Shown piece after piece: positions 48,019-58,596 of a stretch of 64,000 bases of DNA; the stretch's first letter is position 1, and every line of letters starts with the position of its first letter. Position numbers and translations under genes: made by a program. The notes under the pieces were generated by a model that worked only from the letters and a program-made list of their open reading frames with translations, ran no database searches and was not told the DNA's origin. Source of the stretch: an uncultured virus (IMG/VR IMGVR_UViG_3300025853_007458) (lineage: Duplodnaviria; Heunggongvirae; Uroviricota; Caudoviricetes); the IMG/VR virus record IMGVR_UViG_3300025853_007458. The stretch is one strand, 5' to 3'.

Positions 48019-49393
48019 GAAGACACTTTTATCCAACCTAGTCTTTAACGAAGACTTTACAAGAAAAACATTACCATTTATTAAACCTGACTTCTTTAGA
48101 AATAGAGATGAGGTTACTATATTTAATATCATAAGTGATTTTGTTGTCAAGTATAATAATCTCCCTACAAAAGAAGCAATTGAAATTGAATTGTCAAACG
48201 ATAAGACTCTTACCGAAGACGAATTTAAAAATACAAAATTATTATTAAACAGTTTACAACATGAAGAAGTTGAACAACAATGGTTGTTAGATACAACAGA
48301 AAAGTTTTGTAAAGATCGTGCTGTGTATAATGCAGTATTACAAGGTATCAAAATCATAGATGGTAAAGATAAGAAACATACACCAGAAGCGATACCTAGT
48401 ATCCTATCAGAAGCGCTTGGCGTTTCGTTTGATAGACATATAGGGCATGATTATCTAAATCAGGCAGAGGACCGATTTGAATATTACCATAGAACTGAAG
48501 CAAGATTAAAGTTTGATCTTTCATACTTCAATAGAATTACAAAAGGTGGCCTACCACCTAAAACTTTAAACATTGCTCTTGCAGGCACAGGTGTTGGTAA
48601 ATCTTTGTTTATGTGTCATGTTGCAAGTAGTGTTATATCGGAAGGTAAAAATGTATTGTATATAACTTTAGAAATGGCTGAAGAACGTATCGCAGAAAGG
48701 ATTGACGCTAACTTATTAGATGTAACTATTGATGATCTTTATGAAATGCCAAAAGAAATATACGATAATAAAACATCTAAAATGCAAAACAAAACCAATG
48801 GTCAATTAATTATCAAAGAATATCCTACGGCGTCTGCTCACGCAGGTCATTTTAAATCTTTGCTAGATGAACTTGCCCTAAAGAAAGCATTTAAACCTGA
48901 TTTAATATTCATTGATTATTTGAATATATGTACTAGTAGTAGATTTAAAGGTGGCAATATTAACTCCTATACTATGGTTAAATCTATCGCTGAAGAATTA
49001 AGAGGTCTTGCAGTACAATATAATGTACCTATTGTATCTGCTACACAAACAACTAGAACTGGTTATCTATCAAGTGACGTAGGACTTGAAGATACTTCAG
49101 AATCATTTGGTCTTCCTGCAACTGCTGACTTTATGTTTGCTCTAATATCAAATGAAGAATTAGAAGAACTAGGTCAAATCAAAGTTAAACAATTAAAGAA
49201 TCGTTATAATGATCCTGCTGTCAATCGTGCATTTATAATAGGTGTAGATAGAAGTAAGATGAGATTGTATGATGTAGAACAATCTGCTCAACAGATTGTA
49301 GATAGTAACCAAGAAAGTAAGGAGAAGATTGAAAAACCATCAGGCCCACAATCTGCTGAGGTTTATGATAAATTTTCGGATTTTAAAATATGA
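48011..49393 (+). CDS. gp41: Replicative DNA helicase
   Basis: LAGTGVGKS, ITLEMAEE, IDYLNI, SESFGLPATAD and KQLKNRY motifs. Confidence 0.96.
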   Translation: MFEKTLLSNLVFNEDFTRKTLPFIKPDFFRNRDEVTIFNIISDFVVKYNNLPTKEAIEIELSNDKTLTEDEFKNTKLLLNSLQHEEVEQQWLLDTTEKFCKDRAVYNAVLQGIKIIDGKDKKHTPEAIPSILSEALGVSFDRHIGHDYLNQAEDRFEYYHRTEARLKFDLSYFNRITKGGLPPKTLNIALAGTGVGKSLFMCHVASSVISEGKNVLYITLEMAEERIAERIDANLLDVTIDDLYEMPKEIYDNKTSKMQNKTNGQLIIKEYPTASAHAGHFKSLLDELALKKAFKPDLIFIDYLNICTSSRFKGGNINSYTMVKSIAEELRGLAVQYNVPIVSATQTTRTGYLSSDVGLEDTSESFGLPATADFMFALISNEELEELGQIKVKQLKNRYNDPAVNRAFIIGVDRSKMRLYDVEQSAQQIVDSNQESKEKIEKPSGPQSAEVYDKFSDFKI

Positions 49394-49674
49394 GAAAAAG
49401 AAAACCATCAATATACTATAAAACTGAAATGGTCAAAGTAAAAAATGAAATACTTTGGCGTTGCGTTGAAATGCCTAGTAAACTTGTGTTAAAAGAGTCT
49501 TTCTTTGAGGAAGATGTTAAGCAGTTAACAAAGTTTCAGAATAAATCCAAAACGTTTGGCATATTCGGGTTCCCACCTTTCTTTGATTGTAGAGGTGAAA
49601 AAGAGAAGATGTTAGATCAAGGTAAAACAAATTATAATTCTCCTGCTAGAACTAGAGGTAGAAGCCGTGCATAA
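49390..49674 (+). CDS. Hypothetical protein
   Basis: 94 aa, ATGA-coupled to gp41. Confidence 0.55.
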   Translation: MRKRKPSIYYKTEMVKVKNEILWRCVEMPSKLVLKESFFEEDVKQLTKFQNKSKTFGIFGFPPFFDCRGEKEKMLDQGKTNYNSPARTRGRSRA

Positions 49675-49682
49675 ATATATGT

Positions 49683-50921
49683 ATGGCAATTCTAAATGGT
49701 ATTAACGTAAAAGACGCTGAATTTACAGCAATGCAGGAGAAGGCTACTGCCGCTATCTGTAAGCAATCATTTCAAAATAATAAAAAATTTAATTCAGTAA
49801 AAGATATAGTTAACGATAAAGATACCGTAAAAGAACTAAAAGAAATATTTGTTAAAGACAAAAAACAATTATTTCATTACAAGATACCCTTTTCACAAAA
49901 GATAGAAAAAAACTGGTTTGAAACTTTTGTTAAACAAAACGAAAGAATATTAAGAGAGTTTTCTAACGCAAAATTTACCGTCTTTGATAGAGATGATAAA
50001 GATGGTTTTATGATGTGGTTTATGAAAACGATTAGAGATTATTTTAGCATATCAAATAAAGACTCATACAATCCTGCTGATATATGGTTGATTGATAAAA
50101 AAGAAGTCAATAGACAAATCATATTAAAAGAAATAGAAGGACCTAAAGGCACACAAACTATAGAAGAACTTAATCAGATAATGAGAAAGTTATACAAAGA
50201 AAGAAAAGTTATAGGTCTTTCTTTAAAATTAATTTCAGGCAATCAAGCAAAGTACCAAGAAGTTAATTTAGATGATAAGTTTTTTAAAGCAGTAGAAAAT
50301 AAAAAAGGTGAGTTTGATTACAAACTTTTAAAAGTTAAGTTTGATCTATCTACATATGGTATAAAAAAGAATGCTGGTTTTACAACACAAGATTCTGTAT
50401 TGACTTTAGGTATTAGAGGTACAGAAATAGCAAAGTTTCAAGTTAAAGGCAATACAACATCAAGGTTATCTAATTTAAAAATAGAAGGTACGGGTAAAGG
50501 TGAGGCTGCAAGATTAGGTAAGGCACCTTTAGAACTAGTTAGAAAATTAACTGCTGGCAAACCATACAGATCACAATTTTTAAATGACGCAAAAAAAGAA
50601 CCACAAGATATAAGTGACTTTAATAAACAAGCAAAGATGTGGCAAGTTATGTACGAAGAATTTGTTACAAATATGAAACAAAAAGGCATACCTATAGAAA
50701 CAAAGATCATGCCTAAAGATTTTACAAAGAATATGAGAATAGCATTTGAGGGTAGAACACCTTGGATTGCTAATAACAAACTACTACAATTACGATTCCT
50801 ACACATGGTTTCAAAGTTTAAAAAAGATGAGATCCATGAGTATATGACAGATTTAATCTTCTTATGCCAGAAGATAGGACGTAGTGTATTTCCTTTCGGG
50901 CCGTTCGGCAAACTTTATTAG
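49683..50921 (+). CDS. Putative PD-(D/E)xK-type endonuclease
   Basis: YNPADIWL...IGLSLK pattern; preceded by a CATAAATA late-promoter variant. Confidence 0.5.
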   Translation: MAILNGINVKDAEFTAMQEKATAAICKQSFQNNKKFNSVKDIVNDKDTVKELKEIFVKDKKQLFHYKIPFSQKIEKNWFETFVKQNERILREFSNAKFTVFDRDDKDGFMMWFMKTIRDYFSISNKDSYNPADIWLIDKKEVNRQIILKEIEGPKGTQTIEELNQIMRKLYKERKVIGLSLKLISGNQAKYQEVNLDDKFFKAVENKKGEFDYKLLKVKFDLSTYGIKKNAGFTTQDSVLTLGIRGTEIAKFQVKGNTTSRLSNLKIEGTGKGEAARLGKAPLELVRKLTAGKPYRSQFLNDAKKEPQDISDFNKQAKMWQVMYEEFVTNMKQKGIPIETKIMPKDFTKNMRIAFEGRTPWIANNKLLQLRFLHMVSKFKKDEIHEYMTDLIFLCQKIGRSVFPFGPFGKLY

Positions 50922-51003
50922 TATAAATAGTCTAGTAAGTAGTGATTTATTAATGGGATATAGTGATTTTTCGCTTGACAAAGGCGTAATTTTTTGATAT
51001 AAT
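50922..51003 (+). promoter_or_regulatory. Late promoter plus sigma70-type promoter heading the right-hand gene cluster
   Basis: TATAAATA at 50922-50929; TTGACA-17 nt-TATAAT at 50975-51003. Confidence 0.7.
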
Positions 51004-51021
51004 GGGAATAGTGGGAGAAAA

Positions 51022-52245
51022 ATGTATAGTTTTAAACAATATCTTAATGAGGCAAAAAATACTCATTTAGAACATTTAGAAGACGAAATTATTAATAACG
51101 GTTACCAAGGTGGCCTTAACGCAGTAGAATTTCTTAAATCATTAAGAAATATGCTAGTAGGTTCATCACGTAGAAAATTAAACGTATCCGTTAAATGGGA
51201 TGGTGCACCAGCAGTATTCTGTGGTATCAATCCTGAAAACGGCAAATTCTTTGTTGGATCAAAATCAGTATTCAACGTAACTCCTAAAATCAATTACACA
51301 CAAGCAGATATAAGAAGAAATCACTCTGGTGGTTTAGTAGATAAATTATCAATCTGTTTAAAAGAATTACCTAAACTTGGTATACGAGGTGTTGTACAAG
51401 GTGACTTGTTATTTACATCAGGAGATATTAAGTCGGTATCTATACGAGGTGAAGATGCTATCGCATTTACACCAAACACTATAACATATGCTGTTCCAGA
51501 AAATACTGACCTTGCTAAAAGAATTAAAAGAGCTAAGTTAGGCATTATCTTTCACACTACTTACAATGGCCGAAAGATGTCTAACCTAAAAGCAAGCTTT
51601 GGCGTCAATGTAAATCGTTTTACAAAGACGCCAGCAGTATTCTTTGATGACGCAAGTTACAAAGACTCATCTGGTGTTGCTACATTTACAACTGCTGAAA
51701 GTGATCAGTACGATAATATGTTAAGAATGGCAATGGGATCAATTTCAAAAGGTAAAGTTATTTTAGATTTGTTAAAAAGACAAACAAATATGTTATCAGT
51801 TGGTGCAAGATTAAAGATTTTCTTCAATACAAAAATAAGAGAAGGTCAAACTATTAGTAATGTAAAAGGATTACAATCAGATTTTAGAAAGTACTATGCT
51901 TCAGTTTTAGATGATGAGATGTCAAGTAAAAAAACAGAAGCTGCAAAAAGTAAATACAAAACAATAAGAGATGATGGTTTAAAATTTATTGATAGATATG
52001 ATAATGAAATATATTTTGCAATTGCAAGTTATGTAACTTTACAAAAAGTTAAAAATTATCTTGTAAGTAAAATGAATCAAATTAAATCAATAGGAACTTT
52101 TTTACAAAAAGGTAATGGATTTGAAGTAACAAATCCAGAAGGTTATGTTGCTGTAGATAGAATGGGCAACGCCGTTAAATTAGTAGATAGATTAGAGTTT
52201 AGTACAGCAAACTTTACATTAGCAAAGAATTGGATTAAAGGATAA
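51022..52245 (+). CDS. Conserved T4-like protein with ligase-type nucleotidyltransferase motifs (putative RNA ligase-like)
   Basis: KWDG (motif I KxDG), QGDL (III-like), EGYV (IV) and VKLV (V) in the expected order. Confidence 0.6.
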   Translation: MYSFKQYLNEAKNTHLEHLEDEIINNGYQGGLNAVEFLKSLRNMLVGSSRRKLNVSVKWDGAPAVFCGINPENGKFFVGSKSVFNVTPKINYTQADIRRNHSGGLVDKLSICLKELPKLGIRGVVQGDLLFTSGDIKSVSIRGEDAIAFTPNTITYAVPENTDLAKRIKRAKLGIIFHTTYNGRKMSNLKASFGVNVNRFTKTPAVFFDDASYKDSSGVATFTTAESDQYDNMLRMAMGSISKGKVILDLLKRQTNMLSVGARLKIFFNTKIREGQTISNVKGLQSDFRKYYASVLDDEMSSKKTEAAKSKYKTIRDDGLKFIDRYDNEIYFAIASYVTLQKVKNYLVSKMNQIKSIGTFLQKGNGFEVTNPEGYVAVDRMGNAVKLVDRLEFSTANFTLAKNWIKG

Positions 52246-53600
52246 TGGCAAATTTTAGAAAAGACACACAAGAATTTGGACCTAGAGGCCACGATAAAAC
52301 GGTCTTTGAAGTACCAATGATAGCAACAAATGACGGTAATGTTGTAACACAAACAAATCCATTTCCTGTTACAATATCAAGTATCAGTCAATCAAGCTCA
52401 GCAGAAACTAATACAGACGCTTTTGGTAGACAAAGAATATCATCACCACTAACACTATTTGATTCCTCACATAGATTTTCTGATAATGATTTATGGAATG
52501 AAGATATTACAGGTGACGCTTCATCAACCTTTCAAATAAATGAGGGTCTAGTAGATTTAACAGTTGGCGATAATGCTAATGATGAAATTATTAGAGAAAC
52601 AAAAAAAGTAATGACTTATCAACCTGGTAAATCATTGTTAATTTTAAATTCTTTTGTATTTAATGCTGCTAAAACTGGATTAAGACAAAGAATAGGATAT
52701 TTTGGAACAGACAATGGTATCTATTTAGAACAAGATGGTACAGATGTTTATATAGTAGAAAGAAGTAAAGTATCAGGTTCAGTTGTAGAAAGTAAAATTG
52801 CTCAAGCAGATTGGAATGTAGATAAATTAGATGGCACAGGTACAACAGGCTATACTTTAGATTTAACAAAAGCACAAATTCAATATATAGATTTAGAATG
52901 GTTAGGTATAGGAACCGTAAGAGTAGGTTTTGTTATTAATGGTAGATTTGTAGTTGCTCACGCTTTTCATCACGCAAATTTAGTAACAGGAACATATATT
53001 ACTACAGCTTCTTTACCTTTAAGAATAGAAATTAAACAACAGACAGAATTGGGTGACAGCACCACAGCAACACTAAAACAAGTTTGTTCTAGTGTTATGA
53101 GTGAAGGTGGTTATCAATTAAGAGGTTTACAACAAGCAGTTGGTACAGTAATTACTTCTCCTTATGAATTAACTACTGCTGGTACTTTTTATCCTGTTGT
53201 TTCTATACGATTAAAGTCAACAAGATTAGACGCAGCTGCTATTCTTACTGCTTTATCTATTTTAGGAACAGGAAATGGTATTTTTTATAATTGGCAAGTC
53301 GCAGCTGGAGGAACAGTTACAACAAGTTGGACTTCAGCTGGCACTAATTCATCTGTTGAATATTCAATTTCAGGAACAGCTTATACACTAGGTACAGGTA
53401 GAATATTAGCTAGTGGTTTTATGGCTTCTAATAATCAATCTAGTGCAGCTACTAATATTCTTAAAGAAGCGTTATTTAAATTTCAATTAGAAAGAAATAC
53501 ATTTACGGGTGTAGCAGAACCTATAACTCTTTTAATGTCTAGTGGTACTGATACGCAAGATGTGTATGCTTCTATGGATTGGGAAGAAATTAGTAGATAA
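52245..53600 (+). CDS. Hypothetical beta-rich, probably virion structural protein
   Basis: 451 aa, Thr/Ser/Gly-rich, DAFGRQRIS motif. Confidence 0.55.
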   Translation: MANFRKDTQEFGPRGHDKTVFEVPMIATNDGNVVTQTNPFPVTISSISQSSSAETNTDAFGRQRISSPLTLFDSSHRFSDNDLWNEDITGDASSTFQINEGLVDLTVGDNANDEIIRETKKVMTYQPGKSLLILNSFVFNAAKTGLRQRIGYFGTDNGIYLEQDGTDVYIVERSKVSGSVVESKIAQADWNVDKLDGTGTTGYTLDLTKAQIQYIDLEWLGIGTVRVGFVINGRFVVAHAFHHANLVTGTYITTASLPLRIEIKQQTELGDSTTATLKQVCSSVMSEGGYQLRGLQQAVGTVITSPYELTTAGTFYPVVSIRLKSTRLDAAAILTALSILGTGNGIFYNWQVAAGGTVTTSWTSAGTNSSVEYSISGTAYTLGTGRILASGFMASNNQSSAATNILKEALFKFQLERNTFTGVAEPITLLMSSGTDTQDVYASMDWEEISR

Positions 53601-54187
53601 TGAAAAGTTTTAGAGATTTTATATTTGAACAATTAGGTAGAATGAGAATTATTATGTTAGGTGGACCTGGTTCAGGTAAATCAACCTATACAGAATACTT
53701 AATTAAACACTTTGATATTACACATATCTATCCAGGCGGTATGTTAAGAAAAGAAATTGAAAAAGGTTCAGAAATAGGACAGATTGCAAAAGATATAGTA
53801 TCAAAAGGTGAGTTTGTTCCTAATCAAATAGTATTAGATTTAATTAGTAAAAAAGTTGAAGAAAGTCCTAAAGGTTATGTACTTGATGGATGGCCAAGAT
53901 ATATGCAACAAGTTGAAGATATGGAAAAAGCAGAAATAGGTTATGACTATGCAGTATTTTTAGATGTAAGTACCGAAGAAGTAATGAGAAGATTACTTGC
54001 AAGAGGTAGAGCAGATGATACGAAAGAGATTATAGGTAATAGAATAGAATTATATAAAAAAGAAACAGGTCCTGTAATAGAATATTTAAGAAAGAAACCA
54101 GGATTTTTAGAAATAAAAGCAGAGGGTGGTACACCTGAAGATACTGCTAACGAAATTATAAGAAGAATAGAAAATGAAAGTAAATAG
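53600..54187 (+). CDS. adk: Adenylate kinase (short LID type)
   Basis: GGPGSGKST, G.MLR, GYVLDGWPR and RGRADD motifs. Confidence 0.88.
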   Translation: MKSFRDFIFEQLGRMRIIMLGGPGSGKSTYTEYLIKHFDITHIYPGGMLRKEIEKGSEIGQIAKDIVSKGEFVPNQIVLDLISKKVEESPKGYVLDGWPRYMQQVEDMEKAEIGYDYAVFLDVSTEEVMRRLLARGRADDTKEIIGNRIELYKKETGPVIEYLRKKPGFLEIKAEGGTPEDTANEIIRRIENESK

Positions 54188-54863
54188 TTTTATACAACAT
54201 TTAGCAGAGGGTGTTTACGACCCAGGAATATTTAAAGCATTTTTTCTTGCTGGTGGTCCTGGTTCAGGTAAAACATTTGTTACTCAAAGTACATTTTCAG
54301 GTACAGGATTAAAAGTTGTAAATTCTGATACATCATTTGAAAGAAATTTAAAACAAGCAAACTTATCTTTAAGTATGCCAGATGAAGAAACATATTTTAG
54401 AAACATTTTACGAAATGCAGCCAAAAGAACTGCTATCTCACAGTTAAATAAATATGTAGAAGGAAGACTTGGTTTAGTAGTTGATAGCACAGGAAGAGAT
54501 TATGATATGATTGCCAGACAACACAGTATGCTAAAGCAAATGGGTTATGATTGTTATATGGTATTTGTAAATACAACGTTAGATGTAGCGTTAGCAAGAA
54601 ACGCTAGACGTGAAAGAACTATTCCTGAATATATTACAAAGTCAAGTTGGGAAGGTGTGCAAAATAACATTGGTAAATTTCAAAGACTATTTGGTTTAAA
54701 TAATTTTTTAGTTGTAGATAACAATAAGTCTGATTTAGAACTTGTTACACTCACAATGAATAGAGTTGGTAAAATGGTAAGAAGATTTATGAGAACACCT
54801 GTACAAAATTATATTGCAAAACAATGGATGAAAAAAGAATTAGAGGCACGTAAAAGAATATGA
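54174..54863 (+). CDS. P-loop kinase, polynucleotide-kinase/zeta-toxin-like
   Basis: LAGGPGSGKT, VNSD, LVVDSTG and lid ALARNARRER. Confidence 0.7.
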   Translation: MKVNSFIQHLAEGVYDPGIFKAFFLAGGPGSGKTFVTQSTFSGTGLKVVNSDTSFERNLKQANLSLSMPDEETYFRNILRNAAKRTAISQLNKYVEGRLGLVVDSTGRDYDMIARQHSMLKQMGYDCYMVFVNTTLDVALARNARRERTIPEYITKSSWEGVQNNIGKFQRLFGLNNFLVVDNNKSDLELVTLTMNRVGKMVRRFMRTPVQNYIAKQWMKKELEARKRI

Positions 54864-57649
54864 GATTTAAAGATTTTTTAAAAGAGTCTATAATTGACAT
54901 ACCAAGACAAACGTATGCAAAAGGTGTATTTGATAAAGCAGATACTCCTAATCCAGTATTAAAACCATCAGTAAAAAAATTAGTATTAGATGGTATAAAG
55001 ACATTTGAGAAATTTGGTAAAGTAGTTAAGTATACCTTAATTGGTTCAATACTTACAAAACAATATAGAGCTGATGCAGACCTTGACATTAATATCTTAT
55101 TTAATATACCTGGTTCAAAAGAAGAACAAGAAAAGGTACATGATGAGATTAGAGAATATCAAGGACAGATAAATGGTAAAAATATACCAGGCACACAGCA
55201 TCCTATCAACTACTTTTCCATCATAGATCCTGTAACATTTAATAAGGCAAGGGACATGGCTGATGGTACTTTTGATATCGACTCTAACAAGTGGATCAAA
55301 AAACCAGAACCTGGCACCTTTGAACCTGAAAAATACGTTACGGATTTTCAGAAGCGTGTTTCTGAAATAGATGTTGTTAAAGGTGAACTTATACGAGATA
55401 TGATTGATTATGAGGAACTAAAAGACTTAACAGGTAACGACATAAAAAACTTGTCAAGTTTAGTTTCTAAAAAGTTAGACGAAATTAAATCTTCTATTAA
55501 CACTCTAATTGATATTGGTGACAAAACTATTGCAGACCGAAAGGATGCTTTTAGTACAGATATGTCACCAGACGAAATCAGAAAGTTTGGTGTAAAGAAC
55601 CGACTTCCCAAAAATGTGATTTATAAAATGTTAGAAAAGTATCATTATCTCAAATTTTTCAAAAAGTTGAAAGAGATTATGGAAGACGGTAAAATATCAC
55701 CAGACGAACTGAAATCATTATCAAAAATAAAAGAGGCCAAGGGTAGATCAATTGCATTTACCTTTGGCCGATTTAATCCACCTACAATAGGACACGAAAA
55801 ACTTATTAACAAAGTGGCACAACAAAGAACAGATGATTACAGAATTTATTTAAGTAAATCTGAAGACACATCTAAAAACCCATTGAATGCTAGAGTTAAG
55901 TTAGCAACAATGAAACAAATGTTTCCTAGACATAGCAGAAACATACTACTTAATCCATCAAACATGATATTGGATATTGTAACTGATTTACATAAAAGAG
56001 GTTACTCAAACATAACGATGGTTGCAGGTAGTGATAGAGTAAGAGAATTTGATACTATCTTAAAAAAATATAACGGCGTTAAGAGCCGTCATGGTCTATA
56101 TGACTTTGATAGTATATCTGTAGCTTCAGCAGGAGAAAGAGATCCTGACGCTGAAGGTGCTACGGGAATGAGTGCTAGTAAAATGAGAGCGGCTGCAAAA
56201 TCAAAAGACTTTGCAAGTTTCAAAAAAGGACTGCCGTCTGGTTTTGCTAACTCAAAAAATGCACAAGACTTATTTAGAAATGTAAGAAAAGGAATGATGT
56301 TAGCGGCTTCGTTTGACGCTGATAGTGCATTTAGATTTAAACCATTTATAACTGCCTCAACAAAAGAGGAGTTAGATAAAATGACATTAAGGGACAAATA
56401 TATTTCAGAGCATTTATATGATGTAGGAGATATAGTTGACGATATGGAGAATAATGTAACTGGTGTCATTGTAAGAAGAGGAACAAACTATGTTACCTTG
56501 GAAGACGAGGAGATGAGCCTACACAAATGTTGGTTATATAATATTATGGAAACTCCTGTCTATTCAATTAAGTTGGAGAAACGATCAATGAACTTAAAAG
56601 AGAAAAGAAAATTAGCGTATGATAAAGAAACAGATCAACCTAAAAAATACGTTGCAGGATTATCAGACAAAGAGAAAAAGGCACATGATAGACACCTAGA
56701 AAAACAAGGTAAAAAATCAGATAGTGACAAGTCTGCTTATAAACAATCACCTGCTGACAAAGTAGCAAAAACAAAACCTAGTAAACATACAAAACGTTTC
56801 AAACAAATGTATGGAGAATTGAAGACAAAATCAGAAAAAGAACCTCAACATAGAGGTAATGAATTTAATACAGATGGTATACCAGAAGCCTATGAAATAG
56901 GACATGATTGGGCAAAATATACATCTTCAATAACACCAGGCGAAAAACACTACAATCCTAAGTATCAAGGCGGTTCTTATAGTCCAAGTAAACATAGTGA
57001 TAATTTAATTAATGTTAACGCAAGTAAGGATATAAGCATGACAGATAATAAAAAAGTTGAGCTAAAAGATATAGAAGAATGGGCAAGTAAAGAAGAAACT
57101 ATTAATAAATATAAGGAAAGATATGGGGAAGAGTGGCAATCTAAAATTGAAGAAACATACAATAAAATGTTCAATAAAGTGATTGACACCAACACAAATA
57201 TGCAAGAAGGAAGAATGAAGGATATCGCAATAGACCTTAAATCTAAGGACGAAGGCGGATTAGATCCAGAGGAATTTCAAAGAAAGTACAACAAATCTAA
57301 AGCAGAAATGAGAAAAGATTTAGGTGCTACTGAAGGCTTTAAGTTAACGTTTAAAGACTTTATGAAAGAAGAAGCAGACGAGTGGGGAATTTTCCCATCA
57401 CAAATTACAGAAGCAGAACATCAAGGTAAAAAAGTTACTTTGAACAAACCTGTTAGAGGTGGTTCTAAAAAGTTTTATGTTTACACAAAAGGACCTAACG
57501 ACAACATAGTCAAAGTATCATTTGGTGATCCTAATATGGAAATTAAAAGAGATAATCCTGCAAGAAGAAGAAGCTTCAGAGCAAGACATAACTGTGATAA
57601 TCCAGGACCTAAATGGAAAGCAAGATATTGGAGTTGCAAAAAATGGTAA
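54860..57649 (+). CDS. Multidomain protein: Pol-beta-type nucleotidyltransferase, HIGH-family cytidylyl/adenylyltransferase, and small C-terminal domains
   Basis: IGS...DADLDINI; FGRFNPPTIGH and MSASKMR; C-terminal KVSFGD...FRARHNC...YWSC domain. Confidence 0.72.
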   Translation: MRFKDFLKESIIDIPRQTYAKGVFDKADTPNPVLKPSVKKLVLDGIKTFEKFGKVVKYTLIGSILTKQYRADADLDINILFNIPGSKEEQEKVHDEIREYQGQINGKNIPGTQHPINYFSIIDPVTFNKARDMADGTFDIDSNKWIKKPEPGTFEPEKYVTDFQKRVSEIDVVKGELIRDMIDYEELKDLTGNDIKNLSSLVSKKLDEIKSSINTLIDIGDKTIADRKDAFSTDMSPDEIRKFGVKNRLPKNVIYKMLEKYHYLKFFKKLKEIMEDGKISPDELKSLSKIKEAKGRSIAFTFGRFNPPTIGHEKLINKVAQQRTDDYRIYLSKSEDTSKNPLNARVKLATMKQMFPRHSRNILLNPSNMILDIVTDLHKRGYSNITMVAGSDRVREFDTILKKYNGVKSRHGLYDFDSISVASAGERDPDAEGATGMSASKMRAAAKSKDFASFKKGLPSGFANSKNAQDLFRNVRKGMMLAASFDADSAFRFKPFITASTKEELDKMTLRDKYISEHLYDVGDIVDDMENNVTGVIVRRGTNYVTLEDEEMSLHKCWLYNIMETPVYSIKLEKRSMNLKEKRKLAYDKETDQPKKYVAGLSDKEKKAHDRHLEKQGKKSDSDKSAYKQSPADKVAKTKPSKHTKRFKQMYGELKTKSEKEPQHRGNEFNTDGIPEAYEIGHDWAKYTSSITPGEKHYNPKYQGGSYSPSKHSDNLINVNASKDISMTDNKKVELKDIEEWASKEETINKYKERYGEEWQSKIEETYNKMFNKVIDTNTNMQEGRMKDIAIDLKSKDEGGLDPEEFQRKYNKSKAEMRKDLGATEGFKLTFKDFMKEEADEWGIFPSQITEAEHQGKKVTLNKPVRGGSKKFYVYTKGPNDNIVKVSFGDPNMEIKRDNPARRRSFRARHNCDNPGPKWKARYWSCKKW

Positions 57650-58596
57650 CAAGATATAGAAGTGGATGGGATTACGAATCTCTAAATGAGTTTACAACTG
57701 TTTACGTTGCTAGATGGAGAGGTAAAGACGGTAAAAGATATGCGTCACCTTTTAAAACAAAAGACTCTGCTGAAAAGAGAGCAAAAGAATTAAGAACACA
57801 AGGTAATTCTGAAGTATCCGTTACACAAGATACGTTAAAGGGAAATATTAAGTGGGCAAAAGATAACGGACCTGATATAAAAGGAATGCAAAAAGAAGAA
57901 AAGTTTGAGTGTCCTAAATGTAAAGGTAAAGGTTGTGACCATTGTGGTGGCAAAGGTTATCATATGAAAGAAAATGTTGGTGATTTTTATCAAAGTAAAA
58001 TGACACCTCAACAAATTCAGAATATAAAGAAGACTTGGCAAGGTAAGAAAGCTTCAGACGTTACACCTGCTGTTAAGGCAATGATTAAACGATTAGATAT
58101 ACCTACACAGTTGGCAATTAGACAGGCAAACATACCTCATATTTCAAAATTAGTAGAGGACGCTTCTAAAGACGCTGAGAATATGGCGAAATTGAGAACA
58201 CGTCAAATGTCATTACAAACTAAATTAAAAGATTTAGATCCAGGTGAACCTAAAGACAAAACACCTATGGCTATAACTAAAAATGATATAGAGACCATAC
58301 AAATGAAAATGGATCAGTTAAGAAGTAAAATGAAAAAAGAACAAGTACACCCAGCAAAATCTCTTATTGAAGCGATTACTGCTGTAAAAAACAAAGCAGA
58401 AAAAACAGGTATGCCTTATTCTATCTTAAAGAAAGTTTACGATAGAGGTATGGCTGCATGGAAAGGTGGTCATAGACCAGGCACTACACCTCAACAATGG
58501 GCTATGGCAAGAGTTAACAGTTTCGTAACTAAATCATCTGGTACTTGGGGTAAAGCAGATAAAGATTTAGCAGCGAAAGTAAGGAGCAAAAAGTAA
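57643..58596 (+). CDS. Multidomain hypothetical protein with a DnaJ-like Zn-finger; start likely 57643
   Basis: CPKCKGKGCDHCGGKG; C-terminal VYDRGMAAW...QWAMARVNSF domain; GGAG before the ATG at 57643. Confidence 0.6.
   Translation: MVTRYRSGWDYESLNEFTTVYVARWRGKDGKRYASPFKTKDSAEKRAKELRTQGNSEVSVTQDTLKGNIKWAKDNGPDIKGMQKEEKFECPKCKGKGCDHCGGKGYHMKENVGDFYQSKMTPQQIQNIKKTWQGKKASDVTPAVKAMIKRLDIPTQLAIRQANIPHISKLVEDASKDAENMAKLRTRQMSLQTKLKDLDPGEPKDKTPMAITKNDIETIQMKMDQLRSKMKKEQVHPAKSLIEAITAVKNKAEKTGMPYSILKKVYDRGMAAWKGGHRPGTTPQQWAMARVNSFVTKSSGTWGKADKDLAAKVRSKK

Noticed and set aside
54174..54863. Zeta toxin-antitoxin module
   Set aside because: No antitoxin-like partner; the motifs support only a generic P-loop kinase.
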